64,000 nt of DNA. It comes from Macrostomum lignano (Eukaryota). Shown in pieces: positions 38,355 through 48,670 of the stretch (position 1 is its first letter; the number at the start of each line of letters is the position of its first letter). A model generated the notes under the pieces. It had not been told where the DNA came from. It ran no database searches and saw only the letters and a list, made by a program, of their open reading frames with translations. The translations under genes were made by a program, and so were the position numbers. The DNA lies in NCBI GenBank assembly GCA_002269645.1, contig NIVC01002696.1, positions 1-64,000 on the forward strand, written 5' to 3'.

Positions 38355-39700
38355 GTTACAAGAATACTGCCAATCAATTTGGTTACTCGTCAAATTCAAA
38401 TGATATAGCGCCTGGAATAACAATAGCGTTAGCTGATGATCGATACATCAATGAAAATGAAGGATATAAGAGAGAGGAAATAGATAATTTATTGTTAGCA
38501 AAGAGAAATGTTTCAGACTCTTATTCAAAGGAAGATAGTGACGCAATGAATATCACCATGCTACAATTAATTGACGATGCTCATGGGCGCGTAAACAATG
38601 TCTACACAAAAACCGAAATTGACACTAAGATGTATTCTAAAACCGAAATTGACACTTTGTTAGCAGAAAGGCAAGGTACTGTGGGGGGTACAGAGAGTTC
38701 GAAATTAGTCAATATTCTTTCATTACTGACTTCAAACGCTTCCGATCCTGACATGAAAGTGACCGCTTCTCATAACTCTTCAGCAGCATATCATGTTGCA
38801 GATTCAAACCCAGCTTCAGAATGGAGCAGTGTAGATGACTCAGACAAGTGGATACGAGTTCAATTTCTGAAAAGAGCTAGGAAAGTTGTAGAGATAAAGT
38901 TGGAAGGAGAGGTGTGGCCTGGTTGGTCTGTTAGTGTTAGTCTAAATGGAACAAACTGGACACCTGTTGAACAAAGTGCACCCATTGAACTACGAAGGGG
39001 CAATGCACATCTTAGGAAAAAAATACCCAATCCCTCATATTATTTTCATTATTCTCTTAATTTTTCTGGTTCCGTAAAGCTTACAAAAGTTGAATTACTT
39101 GAGAGACAAACAGTGGTTAATGATTTAGTGTGGCCTATAGATAGACTTCAAGCTGTACCAAAGCTATACGTAGACAATGCACTTGAATCAGTGGAGCTGC
39201 GACTAAGGCGGGGACTAGGTTTCAAATCTTATACAGGATATATCCCCTCACTAGCAACACGTCAAAACTATAGAGAAAGGGGTTTCAATGTAGCGTCATC
39301 AGGAGCATTTGAAACGTCAGATAATTGGGGTTATATAGTATTTAATTCAGAATGGGCATCGAGGAATGAACCCAATTCTTACATTGAAGTACAACTTCCT
39401 GAATCTATTCAAATTTGGAAATTCGGATTGAAAGGAACCAAAGCAGTAGGTAGTGAAATTATAAAAAATCAACCAAAAAGTTTTATTCTGAAAGGGAGCA
39501 ATAACAAGAGAGACTTTAGGAATATTTTTTCTACCGAAAATGCTGGTTTAGTTCCTGGAGTGATGAAATATTTTGAAGTAGCTTCCACCGAAAAATTCTC
39601 CGGTTATAGAGTGCATATTAATTCAGCCACTGAAGGATCAACTGTTCTTATTGTTTCAGGCTTTCAACTTTATCCGATTTTAGACATAATTGTCACATAA
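38351..39700 (+). CDS. Putative fibre/receptor-binding protein with YxKxEID repeats and two discoidin (F5/8 type C)-like domains
   Basis: Repeats YKREEID, YSKEDSD, YTKTEID, YSKTEID; ASS....W....WI.V and YIEVQLP...IWKFGL...PKSFILKGSN motifs. Confidence 0.55.
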   Translation: MSYKNTANQFGYSSNSNDIAPGITIALADDRYINENEGYKREEIDNLLLAKRNVSDSYSKEDSDAMNITMLQLIDDAHGRVNNVYTKTEIDTKMYSKTEIDTLLAERQGTVGGTESSKLVNILSLLTSNASDPDMKVTASHNSSAAYHVADSNPASEWSSVDDSDKWIRVQFLKRARKVVEIKLEGEVWPGWSVSVSLNGTNWTPVEQSAPIELRRGNAHLRKKIPNPSYYFHYSLNFSGSVKLTKVELLERQTVVNDLVWPIDRLQAVPKLYVDNALESVELRLRRGLGFKSYTGYIPSLATRQNYRERGFNVASSGAFETSDNWGYIVFNSEWASRNEPNSYIEVQLPESIQIWKFGLKGTKAVGSEIIKNQPKSFILKGSNNKRDFRNIFSTENAGLVPGVMKYFEVASTEKFSGYRVHINSATEGSTVLIVSGFQLYPILDIIVT

Positions 39701-39796
39701 TTAGACATAATACCATAGTCACCATTAAAACACAACATAAGTACAAAAACTCCCAACGGGGTCAATAAACAAAAAATTACTATCTTAGGAAGCTGG

Positions 39797-40242
39797 CAAG
39801 TAGGCAAACTTCACTCAGTGACTAACGCAGGAATTCGGGGTTGTATATTTTTCATCTACTTTTGCTACACACAGAAGCAATCTCGCAGAGCAATAATATG
39901 GTCGGCTATTGTCCGACCAAGATAGCAAAGCAAGTAGGCAAACTTCACTCGATGACTAACACAGGAATTCGGGGTTTTATATTTTTCATCTACTCTTGCT
40001 ACACAGAAGCAAGCTCGCACCGCAACAATATGGTCGGCTATTGTTCGACCAAGATAGCAAAGCAAGTCTTTTTTTAGAGGCAAACTTCACTCGATGACTA
40101 ACACAGGAATTCGGGGTTTTATATTTTTCATCTACTATTGCTACACAAAAGCAAGCTCGCACCGCAACAATATGGTCGGCTATTGTCCAACCAAAATAGC
40201 AAAGCAAGTAGGCAAACTTCACTCGATGACTAACGCAGGAAT
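39797..40242 (+). repeat. 132-134-bp tandem repeat inside the Polinton, about 3.3 copies
   Basis: Units start CAAGTAGGCAAAC at 39797, 39931, about 40063-40078 and 40205; copy 1 has a perfect TGGTCGG/CCGACCA hairpin, copies 2-3 imperfect versions. Confidence 0.9.
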
Positions 40243-40476
40243 TTGCCTCGACAAGAATTTGCCAAAATTTTGCCAGAAAAAAATATTTTTATTTTTTGTG
40301 CCACTTGGCACAGAATTGGCACCAATGAGAGGTTTCCGTTGTGCATTGTAAGTAAACCAACCAATAGGATTTAAGACACCGAAAAAATTGTTCTAGCAGC
40401 ATTTAAAGCAGCATACAAATGGTTTCATCCAACCATCTATACATCCATCTTTTAAGCTAAATCTTATCTCTTAATC

Positions 40477-40908
40477 ATGCCAGGCCAGCCAACCTTGCGA
40501 GGTAGATTGCTTGCTATTAGAGCCGAGGAAAACAATATTAAGGGTATTTTCTATACAGAATACGCTAGGTCGTCATTTGCTCGCCTAATCCCAGATCCAA
40601 CTGCGTTCGTCGATCATTATCGACAAAATCAGGAACGAATTTCTGATGATGCTCGTCTTCTTAAGTTACTTAAGAAGATGTTGGCTAAGGAACGGACTGG
40701 GCGGCAATTACAGCGAGAAATCGCTGCTGCCGAGCAATTGAATAATGTGGCCATTCCTGATGCGCCACCAACCTATGAAGAGGCTCACGCTCAGCAGGCT
40801 CAGCAGGCGCAGGCTCACGCTCAGCAGGCTCAGCAGGCGCAGGCTCATGCTCAGCAGGATCATGAGATGGACGAACTTGTCCAACTAAACCAAGGCATTG
40901 GACAATGA
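40477..40908 (+). CDS. Orphan 143-aa protein with a PPTY motif and a Q/A repeat
   Basis: ATG-initiated ORF inside the element. Confidence 0.55.
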   Translation: MPGQPTLRGRLLAIRAEENNIKGIFYTEYARSSFARLIPDPTAFVDHYRQNQERISDDARLLKLLKKMLAKERTGRQLQREIAAAEQLNNVAIPDAPPTYEEAHAQQAQQAQAHAQQAQQAQAHAQQDHEMDELVQLNQGIGQ

Positions 40909-41120
40909 AGACTTGAGTTTCCACTGTATAAGTGTTTAAAGTAGTTATAACATCTCTAGAAATAAAATGAATTACTATCATGCTAAATCTCTTTAAGCCA
41001 GGCCACAGAATGCTCCGCGGAGCCTGGCCATTTGTGTCTGAAAATATTTTCTTTTGTGTTCCCCCTTATTGTAAACTTCCACTCGAATCAGATTGTGACT
41101 GTTAAATTTTCCATAGAAAA

Positions 41121-41465
41121 ATGGAAGCTAATAACCCAAATGTTCGAAATGCTCTGCCACAAAAATATTATGATTCTATTATAAATTTCTCTCAAATAAA
41201 AACACCCATTCGAAAGGCTCGACTAATTGCAGAAATTGATAAAGCTTACGATGAATATAAAGCAGAAATATTAAAACACACCGATTGTAAATGCCCCCCA
41301 TATTTGTATTCATTCAGAGTATATCTTGCACATGTTGATAAATGGGCATTGATTTCGAGACAGCACATAAGGAATGATGAATTTTTCGTCATGCTTAAGT
41401 TGAACATTTTCAAACTCCCCATAACCCTTGAGAAGTACATTGAAACTAATGAATTATATTGTTAA
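41121..41465 (+). CDS. Hypothetical 114-aa Polinton protein
   Basis: AAAAATG start, upstream of the helicase. Confidence 0.5.
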   Translation: MEANNPNVRNALPQKYYDSIINFSQIKTPIRKARLIAEIDKAYDEYKAEILKHTDCKCPPYLYSFRVYLAHVDKWALISRQHIRNDEFFVMLKLNIFKLPITLEKYIETNELYC

Positions 41466-41481
41466 ATTTATTTTAAATAAA

Positions 41482-43947
41482 ATGGAAAGAAAAAATCAAA
41501 ACGATTCAAGTTTCTCTCCTGTGATCGTACAGGATCCGCTTCAAAAACATGATGCCCCACCACCAAGATTGACAAATTTAAAACAAACAAAATCGTACGA
41601 TAAACTAATTAATCTCTATGGAGAACTTAATTTTAAATTCGGAAGTTGCAGTGTAACATGGAATAGTAAAACAAAGAAAAAAATACCGTCAGGAATGCCA
41701 AACAAAGCAGATAGGAATTCAACCTCCCCACCATTTCGACCAGAGGTAGACAACATGATTTGGATAGATACTAGAAACTCAAATATAACCGTAATCGATA
41801 TTGATAATGCTGACCTATGCCCTGAGTTGAATGAACTGTGTATGACTCATTGTGATTGGGTTGTTCAGACAAACAAGGGACACCACTTTTACTTTAACAA
41901 GGTAGATGGATTGAAAGTAACGATTCAACAAAGTGTGGGTTTTGATATTCCCGCCTTAGTATTTGCTCCACCAGGTTTCTATTATGTCGATGGTGAAATT
42001 AAGGAATACAAACGTATAAAGCCCGAAAGGTTAATAGACATGCCAGATGTAATTTTTAATGAGATAAATAGATTAATTAAGCCACAGGATAAAAATGAAA
42101 TCCAAGAACAAGATAAACAGGCACTAAAAAGCACCGTTCCACCACCCACTTGTGAAGGAGCTTCAAAGTTGTTAAGTATAATACAACACAAAAACCAAGA
42201 CTATGATTCTTGGTACAAGGTAGCACTTATACTCCGCGACATAGACAGTGGTGATGAAATGTACAAAGTATTCACTGATTGGTCAAAAGTAAATTATGAT
42301 AAGTTCGATTCCGAATCATGTAAAAAGGTGTGGAATAGCACCAATACCAGCTCTGCTGATGCACAGGACAGACTTACTATCGGTACGTTGAAGAAATGGG
42401 CTAGTGAAGAAAATTATTGTAAATATAAGGAATGGAAAAGCAAATATGATTATTATGGTAGGATTGAGTATCTTGATGATAATTTCACTGACGTTAACAT
42501 AACCAACTTTGTTTATGAATATAAGAAGAATAATATAATTTACAATAGCGATGGTGTTTACTATTTTGATGATGATAAGTGGAGAGAACTAAGTAGTATA
42601 AATGACATATTTCTTAAAATATCAGACCTTGTTAGCGGTGAGTTAAACCACCGAAAGACTAGACTCGAAATTGCAATTAAGAAGGCGGCTGATGATAAAG
42701 AAAAGTTAAAAGCACTTGAAAAGAAACTACAGAGTACAATCAAGAATATAAATTCAATACAAGGAGCCAACAAACTCAAACAGGTAACTACTTTGTTCAA
42801 AGAGAGGTTTACTAACAATGAAATTGAATTCGACATGAAATGGAATTTGCTAGGGTTTGATGATGGAGTATATGACCTCGATACAAGTGAGTTTCGCAAG
42901 CATAGATATGACGATTACGTTACTAAATCAGTGGGATATTATTACTCGGATGTACTTAGAGTGAGTGATGACGACTATGACTTCATTGTTAATCTGCATA
43001 ACCAAATTCATCCCGATCCAGAAAATAGAAAGAGTTGGGAATCCGTTATAGCCACAGCTCTAATGGGTAAGAATGTTGAAAACTTTATAATGTTTGATGG
43101 CGCTGGTGGAAATGGGAAGGGGGTTGAGGACAACCTACTTCTTAGAACTCTAGGATCTGATTATGCAGCACCACTGAGTCCTGATGTTTTGAATTTACCA
43201 ATAAGAATAGACAGGCCACAACCAGCCCTAGCACAAATTAATAAAAAGAGGTTGGTTATCAGTCAAGAAGTAAGTGGTGTCTTGAACAATGCATCAATAA
43301 AATTACTAACTGGTGGTGGGGTTATCCAAGCTAGAAATTTATATTCAAGCCAGTGTAATGTCGTTTTACACGCAACCCTAATAGTCGAATGCAACAACAA
43401 GCCTGACTTTAGACAAAATATTGGAGATGCAGAAAAAAGACGAATTATAAATATTAATTACCCATGTAAATATACAACAGATACCGACATCATTGATCAT
43501 GCGAAACACATTTATAAAGCCGATTCATATCTTAAAACCGAGGAATTTAAGAATAAATATAAGTTTGCTGAGATGAAACACCTACTAGAAATTTTCAAGC
43601 AAACAAAGGGTGAAATATATCTATCTCAAAATGTAATTCAAAACACTAATAAATTCATACAAAATTGTAATTGGTTTTCTCGCTTCTTTGAAGAGAATTA
43701 TGAATTTTTAGAAACTGAGGAAAAAACATTTTTGCTTATTAGAGAAATTTACACTGCCGCAACAGAGAGTGAATACTATAGGACTCTAGCCCAACGTGAG
43801 AAACGTGAATTCCAACAACAATACATAACAGATTTCTTCAAGAAACACAAAGACTATTTTAAGTATTATAAGGATAGATATAGGCGTAGGATAGATGGTA
43901 AACAGCAAGAAACTAGAAATGTTCTGTTTTACTGTGTAAAAAAATAA
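41482..43947 (+). CDS. Prim-Pol/PriCT-2/D5-like SF3 primase-helicase
   Basis: IDID...QTNKGHHFYF primase motifs; YDSWYKV...DWSK PriCT-2; LLGFDDGVYDL D5_N; Walker A GAGGNGKG; motif C ECNNKP. Confidence 0.9.
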   Translation: MERKNQNDSSFSPVIVQDPLQKHDAPPPRLTNLKQTKSYDKLINLYGELNFKFGSCSVTWNSKTKKKIPSGMPNKADRNSTSPPFRPEVDNMIWIDTRNSNITVIDIDNADLCPELNELCMTHCDWVVQTNKGHHFYFNKVDGLKVTIQQSVGFDIPALVFAPPGFYYVDGEIKEYKRIKPERLIDMPDVIFNEINRLIKPQDKNEIQEQDKQALKSTVPPPTCEGASKLLSIIQHKNQDYDSWYKVALILRDIDSGDEMYKVFTDWSKVNYDKFDSESCKKVWNSTNTSSADAQDRLTIGTLKKWASEENYCKYKEWKSKYDYYGRIEYLDDNFTDVNITNFVYEYKKNNIIYNSDGVYYFDDDKWRELSSINDIFLKISDLVSGELNHRKTRLEIAIKKAADDKEKLKALEKKLQSTIKNINSIQGANKLKQVTTLFKERFTNNEIEFDMKWNLLGFDDGVYDLDTSEFRKHRYDDYVTKSVGYYYSDVLRVSDDDYDFIVNLHNQIHPDPENRKSWESVIATALMGKNVENFIMFDGAGGNGKGVEDNLLLRTLGSDYAAPLSPDVLNLPIRIDRPQPALAQINKKRLVISQEVSGVLNNASIKLLTGGGVIQARNLYSSQCNVVLHATLIVECNNKPDFRQNIGDAEKRRIININYPCKYTTDTDIIDHAKHIYKADSYLKTEEFKNKYKFAEMKHLLEIFKQTKGEIYLSQNVIQNTNKFIQNCNWFSRFFEENYEFLETEEKTFLLIREIYTAATESEYYRTLAQREKREFQQQYITDFFKKHKDYFKYYKDRYRRRIDGKQQETRNVLFYCVKK

Positions 43948-43968
43948 ACGAAGATGTTATCAATGAGA

Positions 43969-46900
43969 TTACATTGGCTGATGAGGAATAGATCTGATAG
44001 GATCCAAATAATATCTTTTATCATCTAACGGACTCATTGTTTGTTTCATAATCTCACGAATATATATTTTATTTTTTTCAGATACAGTCATACTTACTCT
44101 ACCTCTTTGAATATCTTTGTAATCTGTCAATAGTATGTTTTTAAAAGTTTCAAACTTTATATTTGTACTGCTTTTATCAACCCCCTTGATCGTAACACAC
44201 TCTCCTGAAACTGTAGTGAAAGCATACTCCTTTGACCGCAAGAATACAGCTTCGGAAATTATTGAACCATTCATTTCATCTTTCAACTTTCCAATTACTT
44301 TCTTATTCTTCTCGGAGTATAGTGGATGCTCTCTTGGATAATCCGATGTGTCTAAGTGTTCTTTAACTTTTCCAAGATCCTCATAAACATCCTGAGTAAT
44401 CACTGAGAATATTAGCGAATCACAATCAGAATAGTGCAATTGACAGCTTTTCCAATTCTTCTCAATAAAATTGTAATAGCAATCGTACATTAGCATTTTT
44501 GCATAATCCAGAATGGCCATCCCTAAATAAATTGGCTTGTCACACGCAATTGTCTTTTTGTACATTTGGATACCAACTGCATCCTCACTAAACATAATGA
44601 AATCTTTGAAATTTGGTTTAGAAAAATAACGCCTTGCAGTTTTTTCTTCAGCTACAAGATGAAAGTTCGACCTATTCTTTACATTTTCGATTGTTTTACC
44701 GTAGAATGAGTTGTTTAGTAGTTTCCACAGGTCTTTCTCAAATTTAGTTTTTGCTTCTATTCTCCGCCTGGTATTAAATTCGATGTATTTACTCAACCAG
44801 TTTGATTCTTTGAATGAAATAATTCTATGAACTCTCATAACTCGCATGCCCATCTTCTCATAAAACTCAAGTAGTCTGTGATGTAAAACATATTTCTCCT
44901 TGTTGTAAAATGTCAACATCAACTTGGATTGAACAAACTTTTTCTTTTCGACTTCGAGGTATTGCTTCTGTATGTCAGATAAATCCTCAAATCTAGTTGT
45001 TCGTTTCTCAGGAGCCAGTGGATATTTACTTGTAGCTTTCTTACATTCCTCTGTATATTGAAGGTCAACTTCAAGAAAACAACCCCTGCCATTAGGAATA
45101 TTCTTGTGATACTCTAGATCATTTTCAAACTTGAAATCTCCCACAGGTAGATTTTTCATCATTGCTTCACCATATAAATTATTCTTGTCCAAGTATAGCA
45201 TGTACGACGATTCAGAATTGCTGTCATAACTTTCTAAATACTTGTTATTCATTTTTTTATATCGATCTCCAAGAACTCCAGAGAAACCGCCGCGAATACC
45301 ACTTTCTACCATGGATATCATTTCTTTATCACCAAGTAATTCCAATTCCACATTAGTATATTTCAACCCACATGCCCACGATAATCCAGAAAGGGAAAAG
45401 CAATACGCAGGATCTATCTTGAAATATTTCAAAAATGTTGATCGAAACTTCTCAAAAGCATTGACAAATGAGTAAATCTTTCTAATTACTGCTGTTGTAT
45501 CACTGGGTGGCAAATATTTTATTTCTTCTTCAGAGAGTGTAAATGGTGGTTCCAAAAACCTAGATCCATCTAAAAACACAACACCACTGGTATAATTCCC
45601 CACTTGATTGCAACATGGTCTTCAGATGTTTTAGAAATGAAATCCAATTTATACGCTGTATTCTTTATTCGTGTTAATGGAACTATCAAATAGTTTAGAT
45701 CTTTTCCAGATTCATTCAGAAGAAACAACGGTACTGTTTGATTCGCCTTGCCCTCCTTGGTATTACATGATTGACATGCTGCGCCGCGATATTTACCATT
45801 GTAGTGATTATGCTCTCGAATTTTTTTACTATCTACAAATGGCCTTGAGCAGAGAAAACATTGTTCTGCCGCTTTGTAATCAGTCTCTTCGACATCACTT
45901 AAACTTGGATGTTTATATCTATCCATTTCATTTTTTATATGCTCAAACTTTTTTATTACGGTTTCAACGAATGATTCCACTGTAGTATTTGAAATAATAT
46001 TTGATTTTATAATGTCCTCATAGTCGGAACTAGTAAAAAGTGTCCATTGTGATAGCTCTAGTGATTTATCATCCATCGTTACATAATCTAATATTGCATG
46101 AAACACAAATGGTTTTCTTACACTCATGTGGTAGTTTTTAAACTTTAATATCCTCTTATCAATCTTTGGAACTTCAATTGACACTTTGAAGTCATTACAG
46201 ATTGCTTTATGATTATCCAGTGCATCCTGGGAGTATTTGACTTGAAGACACTTTCGACAAAGAAAAACCCTGTTGTAATTTTGGGACGTGAGGAATAAAC
46301 ACAAGTCTGTTATTAAGCAATAATGATTTTCAACAAGTAGTAAATCAATAACATTGGGGTTGTCGTAATCTTCTGTCAGACGAATAGAATATATTGACTC
46401 TTTAGTATTTATATCCCTCAATCCAAACACATTTATATGAAGACTGTTCAACTTTTCAATCTCAGAGATATCTCGAATGTCCACTGGAAATTTAACGTCT
46501 CCTAAGTTTATTTCATTTATATACTGTGTATACTTACCAACTCTATATCTATGTTCCTTCACAGGATGGAGCTTTGCTAAAATAGACCAGAGAAAGCACC
46601 TATTGTCTGTAGTGTTCTTAACATTTACTAATGCGTTTGATTTAATTCGAATTTGAATATAAGTTCCTCCTTTCAACTGATTAATGCCAACAACTTTCAA
46701 CACAATCTTTACTAACTTAACAAAATAATATCCTGATCCCCTTTCATTAAAGCTATCCTTCCATCCATCGAATTCATCCAGAATATCCTGAATTGTACTT
46801 TCTATACTAGTTTCCACTTGGAGAAGATTTAACAAAGTTCGATACTTTGAATGATATTGGAACTCAATCCAACTGTCGGTAGTTCCTTTATAAAATTCTG

Positions 46901-47036
46901 CGACAAAGGAAATTCTGTATTTTATTGAATCTCTAGCCATCAAATATTCGGAAAGAATTGGGGAGATTAAACCGCGAATTTCTTCAACGGAGTCGAGATC
47001 AAATTCATAAGAGGCCGCTGGTATTTTCCTTTCCAT
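43969..47036 (-). CDS. Protein-primed family B DNA polymerase (about 1020 aa), one 1-nt deletion in a G run near 45597-45601
   Basis: YLDKNNLYG (A), KLLNNSFYGK (B), YSDCDS (C); inserted endonuclease-VII-like zinc module (CFLC...HNHYNGKYRGAACQSCN); the halves join by adding one G. Confidence 0.92.
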
Positions 47037-47061
47037 TTTTAAGAAAAAAAATTAAACAGAC

Positions 47062-47832
47062 TCAAGCATAGGGGGGTGCACTTGGAGCATTTGATTGAAG
47101 ATTGAGTGTTGCCGAGTACTCTTTTGGCTTATCGGCTAGACCCAATTTTTCTCTCAGATCTTTCTCCAGCAGTTCCTTTTTAATTTTTTCCTTCGCTGAA
47201 TGACCAAGTCTACTCTCTTTGAGAATTTTATCAACGACTTCCGAATGGTTAACATCTTCAGGCGCAACACAGGCGTCTAACAATTGGTCTCTTTTCTCTC
47301 TGTATTCTGAATAAATTGCAGCAGCTGCTTGAACCTCTTCAAGAGTTAATCTATAATCATCAACTGCTTTTTGGGAGTAAATATACAATCTCTCTCTGTA
47401 TTTATTGGCCAGATCTCTGAGAACAATGTATTTTGCCTTCTGCTTTTGGCAATGAATTTTCACAGTTGCAAACAACGACGTGGATTTTACAGCTTCAAAA
47501 CCACTCATTGCCCCGATTACTACTCCAATGACTAAGGGATTCAATGTCAGTATCGATGTTGCTATGCCAATTCCTGTAGCAGCCAAGAGACTTACATTTC
47601 CTGTCACAATGTTGATCCAATTTATCCTGCTACTTTGTCGTTTGTACTTTTTTACCTTTTTGCTATAAATTGTAAGATCTTTCGTAATGCATTCAATACT
47701 GCCTTTGATTTCACCCTTTCTCTGATTGAAATAGTCCCGCTCCCTCAAATCTGCTTCATGCAGCTCAACCACAGGATAGATGTGTTCATTTTTATCATTC
47801 ATTTTTATATGGCGATTATGCCTAATTGTCAA
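47062..47832 (-). CDS. Polinton membrane-hairpin protein with C-terminal PSAPPY
   Basis: Hydrophobic hairpin followed by the K.K...LA....SQKAVDD..L..EE...Y motif seen in invertebrate Polintons. Confidence 0.7.
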   Translation of the reverse strand: MTIRHNRHIKMNDKNEHIYPVVELHEADLRERDYFNQRKGEIKGSIECITKDLTIYSKKVKKYKRQSSRINWINIVTGNVSLLAATGIGIATSILTLNPLVIGVVIGAMSGFEAVKSTSLFATVKIHCQKQKAKYIVLRDLANKYRERLYIYSQKAVDDYRLTLEEVQAAAAIYSEYREKRDQLLDACVAPEDVNHSEVVDKILKESRLGHSAKEKIKKELLEKDLREKLGLADKPKEYSATLNLQSNAPSAPPYA

Positions 47833-47844
47833 TTATGTCTATAC

Positions 47845-48420
47845 CTGACTGAATATCTAAAGCATTTCCTAGAAATAATGGTTTACTGAAGGCCATTTTA
47901 TATATATATAATTTACTATCGTTGAATTGGATGACACTTTCATATTGTATATACCTGAAATTGCATTAAATTGACCCGTGAATCCAACTTTTCTCATGGT
48001 TTTAGAGCTGGAATCGTGAAAATTGCACTTTTTCAAAATTTTTGAAAATCACAAAAAATCGCTGTTTTCAGACCATTTTCACCTGTTTTTAGTCATTTTT
48101 CAGTTATTTTTAGTGATTTTCAAAATGAGTGAGGGCATGAGGGCGAGGGCACCCCCCCTTTTTAAAAGTATAAAAAATCCGGAAATTCTGTCTTCTGAGA
48201 AATATACCACAGGCCAATGCCCCCCACATGCCCTCACCCTCAACACCCTCAGTCACAGATATATGTATATTTATATATTTTTATATTTATCACACCCCAC
48301 TTGAACCCATGACCTCCTGATAGTAGTAGTATGTTATAAGGGGTTGAGTCATCCAGCGAGCTGGCGCGCAATGCGCCCGAGCAATAAGTGTGGCGCAACC
48401 CCTTATAACATACTACTACT
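47845..48420 (-). repeat. Right terminal inverted repeat (576 bp)
   Basis: Matches the left TIR. Confidence 0.95.
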
Positions 48421-48670
48421 CGCAGGCACTCATTTTAGCGCCGAAGGCACTCATTTTAGCGCCGTAGGCACTCATTTTGGCGCCGCAGGCACTATTTTAG
48501 CGCCGCAGGCACTCATTTTGGCGCCGCAGGCATTCAGTTTGGCGCCGCAGGCACTATTTTAGCGCCACAGGCACTATTTTGGCGCCTCAGGCACTCATTT
48601 TGGCGCAGCAGGCACTCATTTTGGCGCCGCAGGCACTCATTTTGGCGCCGCAGGCCCATTTTAGCGCCAG
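48421..48670. repeat. 21-bp minisatellite, right part
   Basis: Same unit as 29564-30606. Confidence 0.95.

Larger units (their letters stand above)
30607..48420. mobile_element. Polinton/Maverick (adintovirus-like) endogenous virus, 17,814 bp
   Basis: AGTAGTAGT...ACTACTACT ends; 576-bp TIRs; 6-bp TSD CGCAGG (30601-30606 and 48421-48426); full hallmark gene set. Confidence 0.97.

Noticed and set aside
39797-40242. CRISPR array or hammerhead ribozyme repeats
   Set aside because: No unique spacers and no cas genes; no CUGAUGA/GAAA core found on either strand
45720-45900. Endonuclease-VII-like motif in pPolB as an intein or second homing endonuclease
   Set aside because: No intein splice motifs; this zinc module is a known integral insert of many Polinton pPolBs
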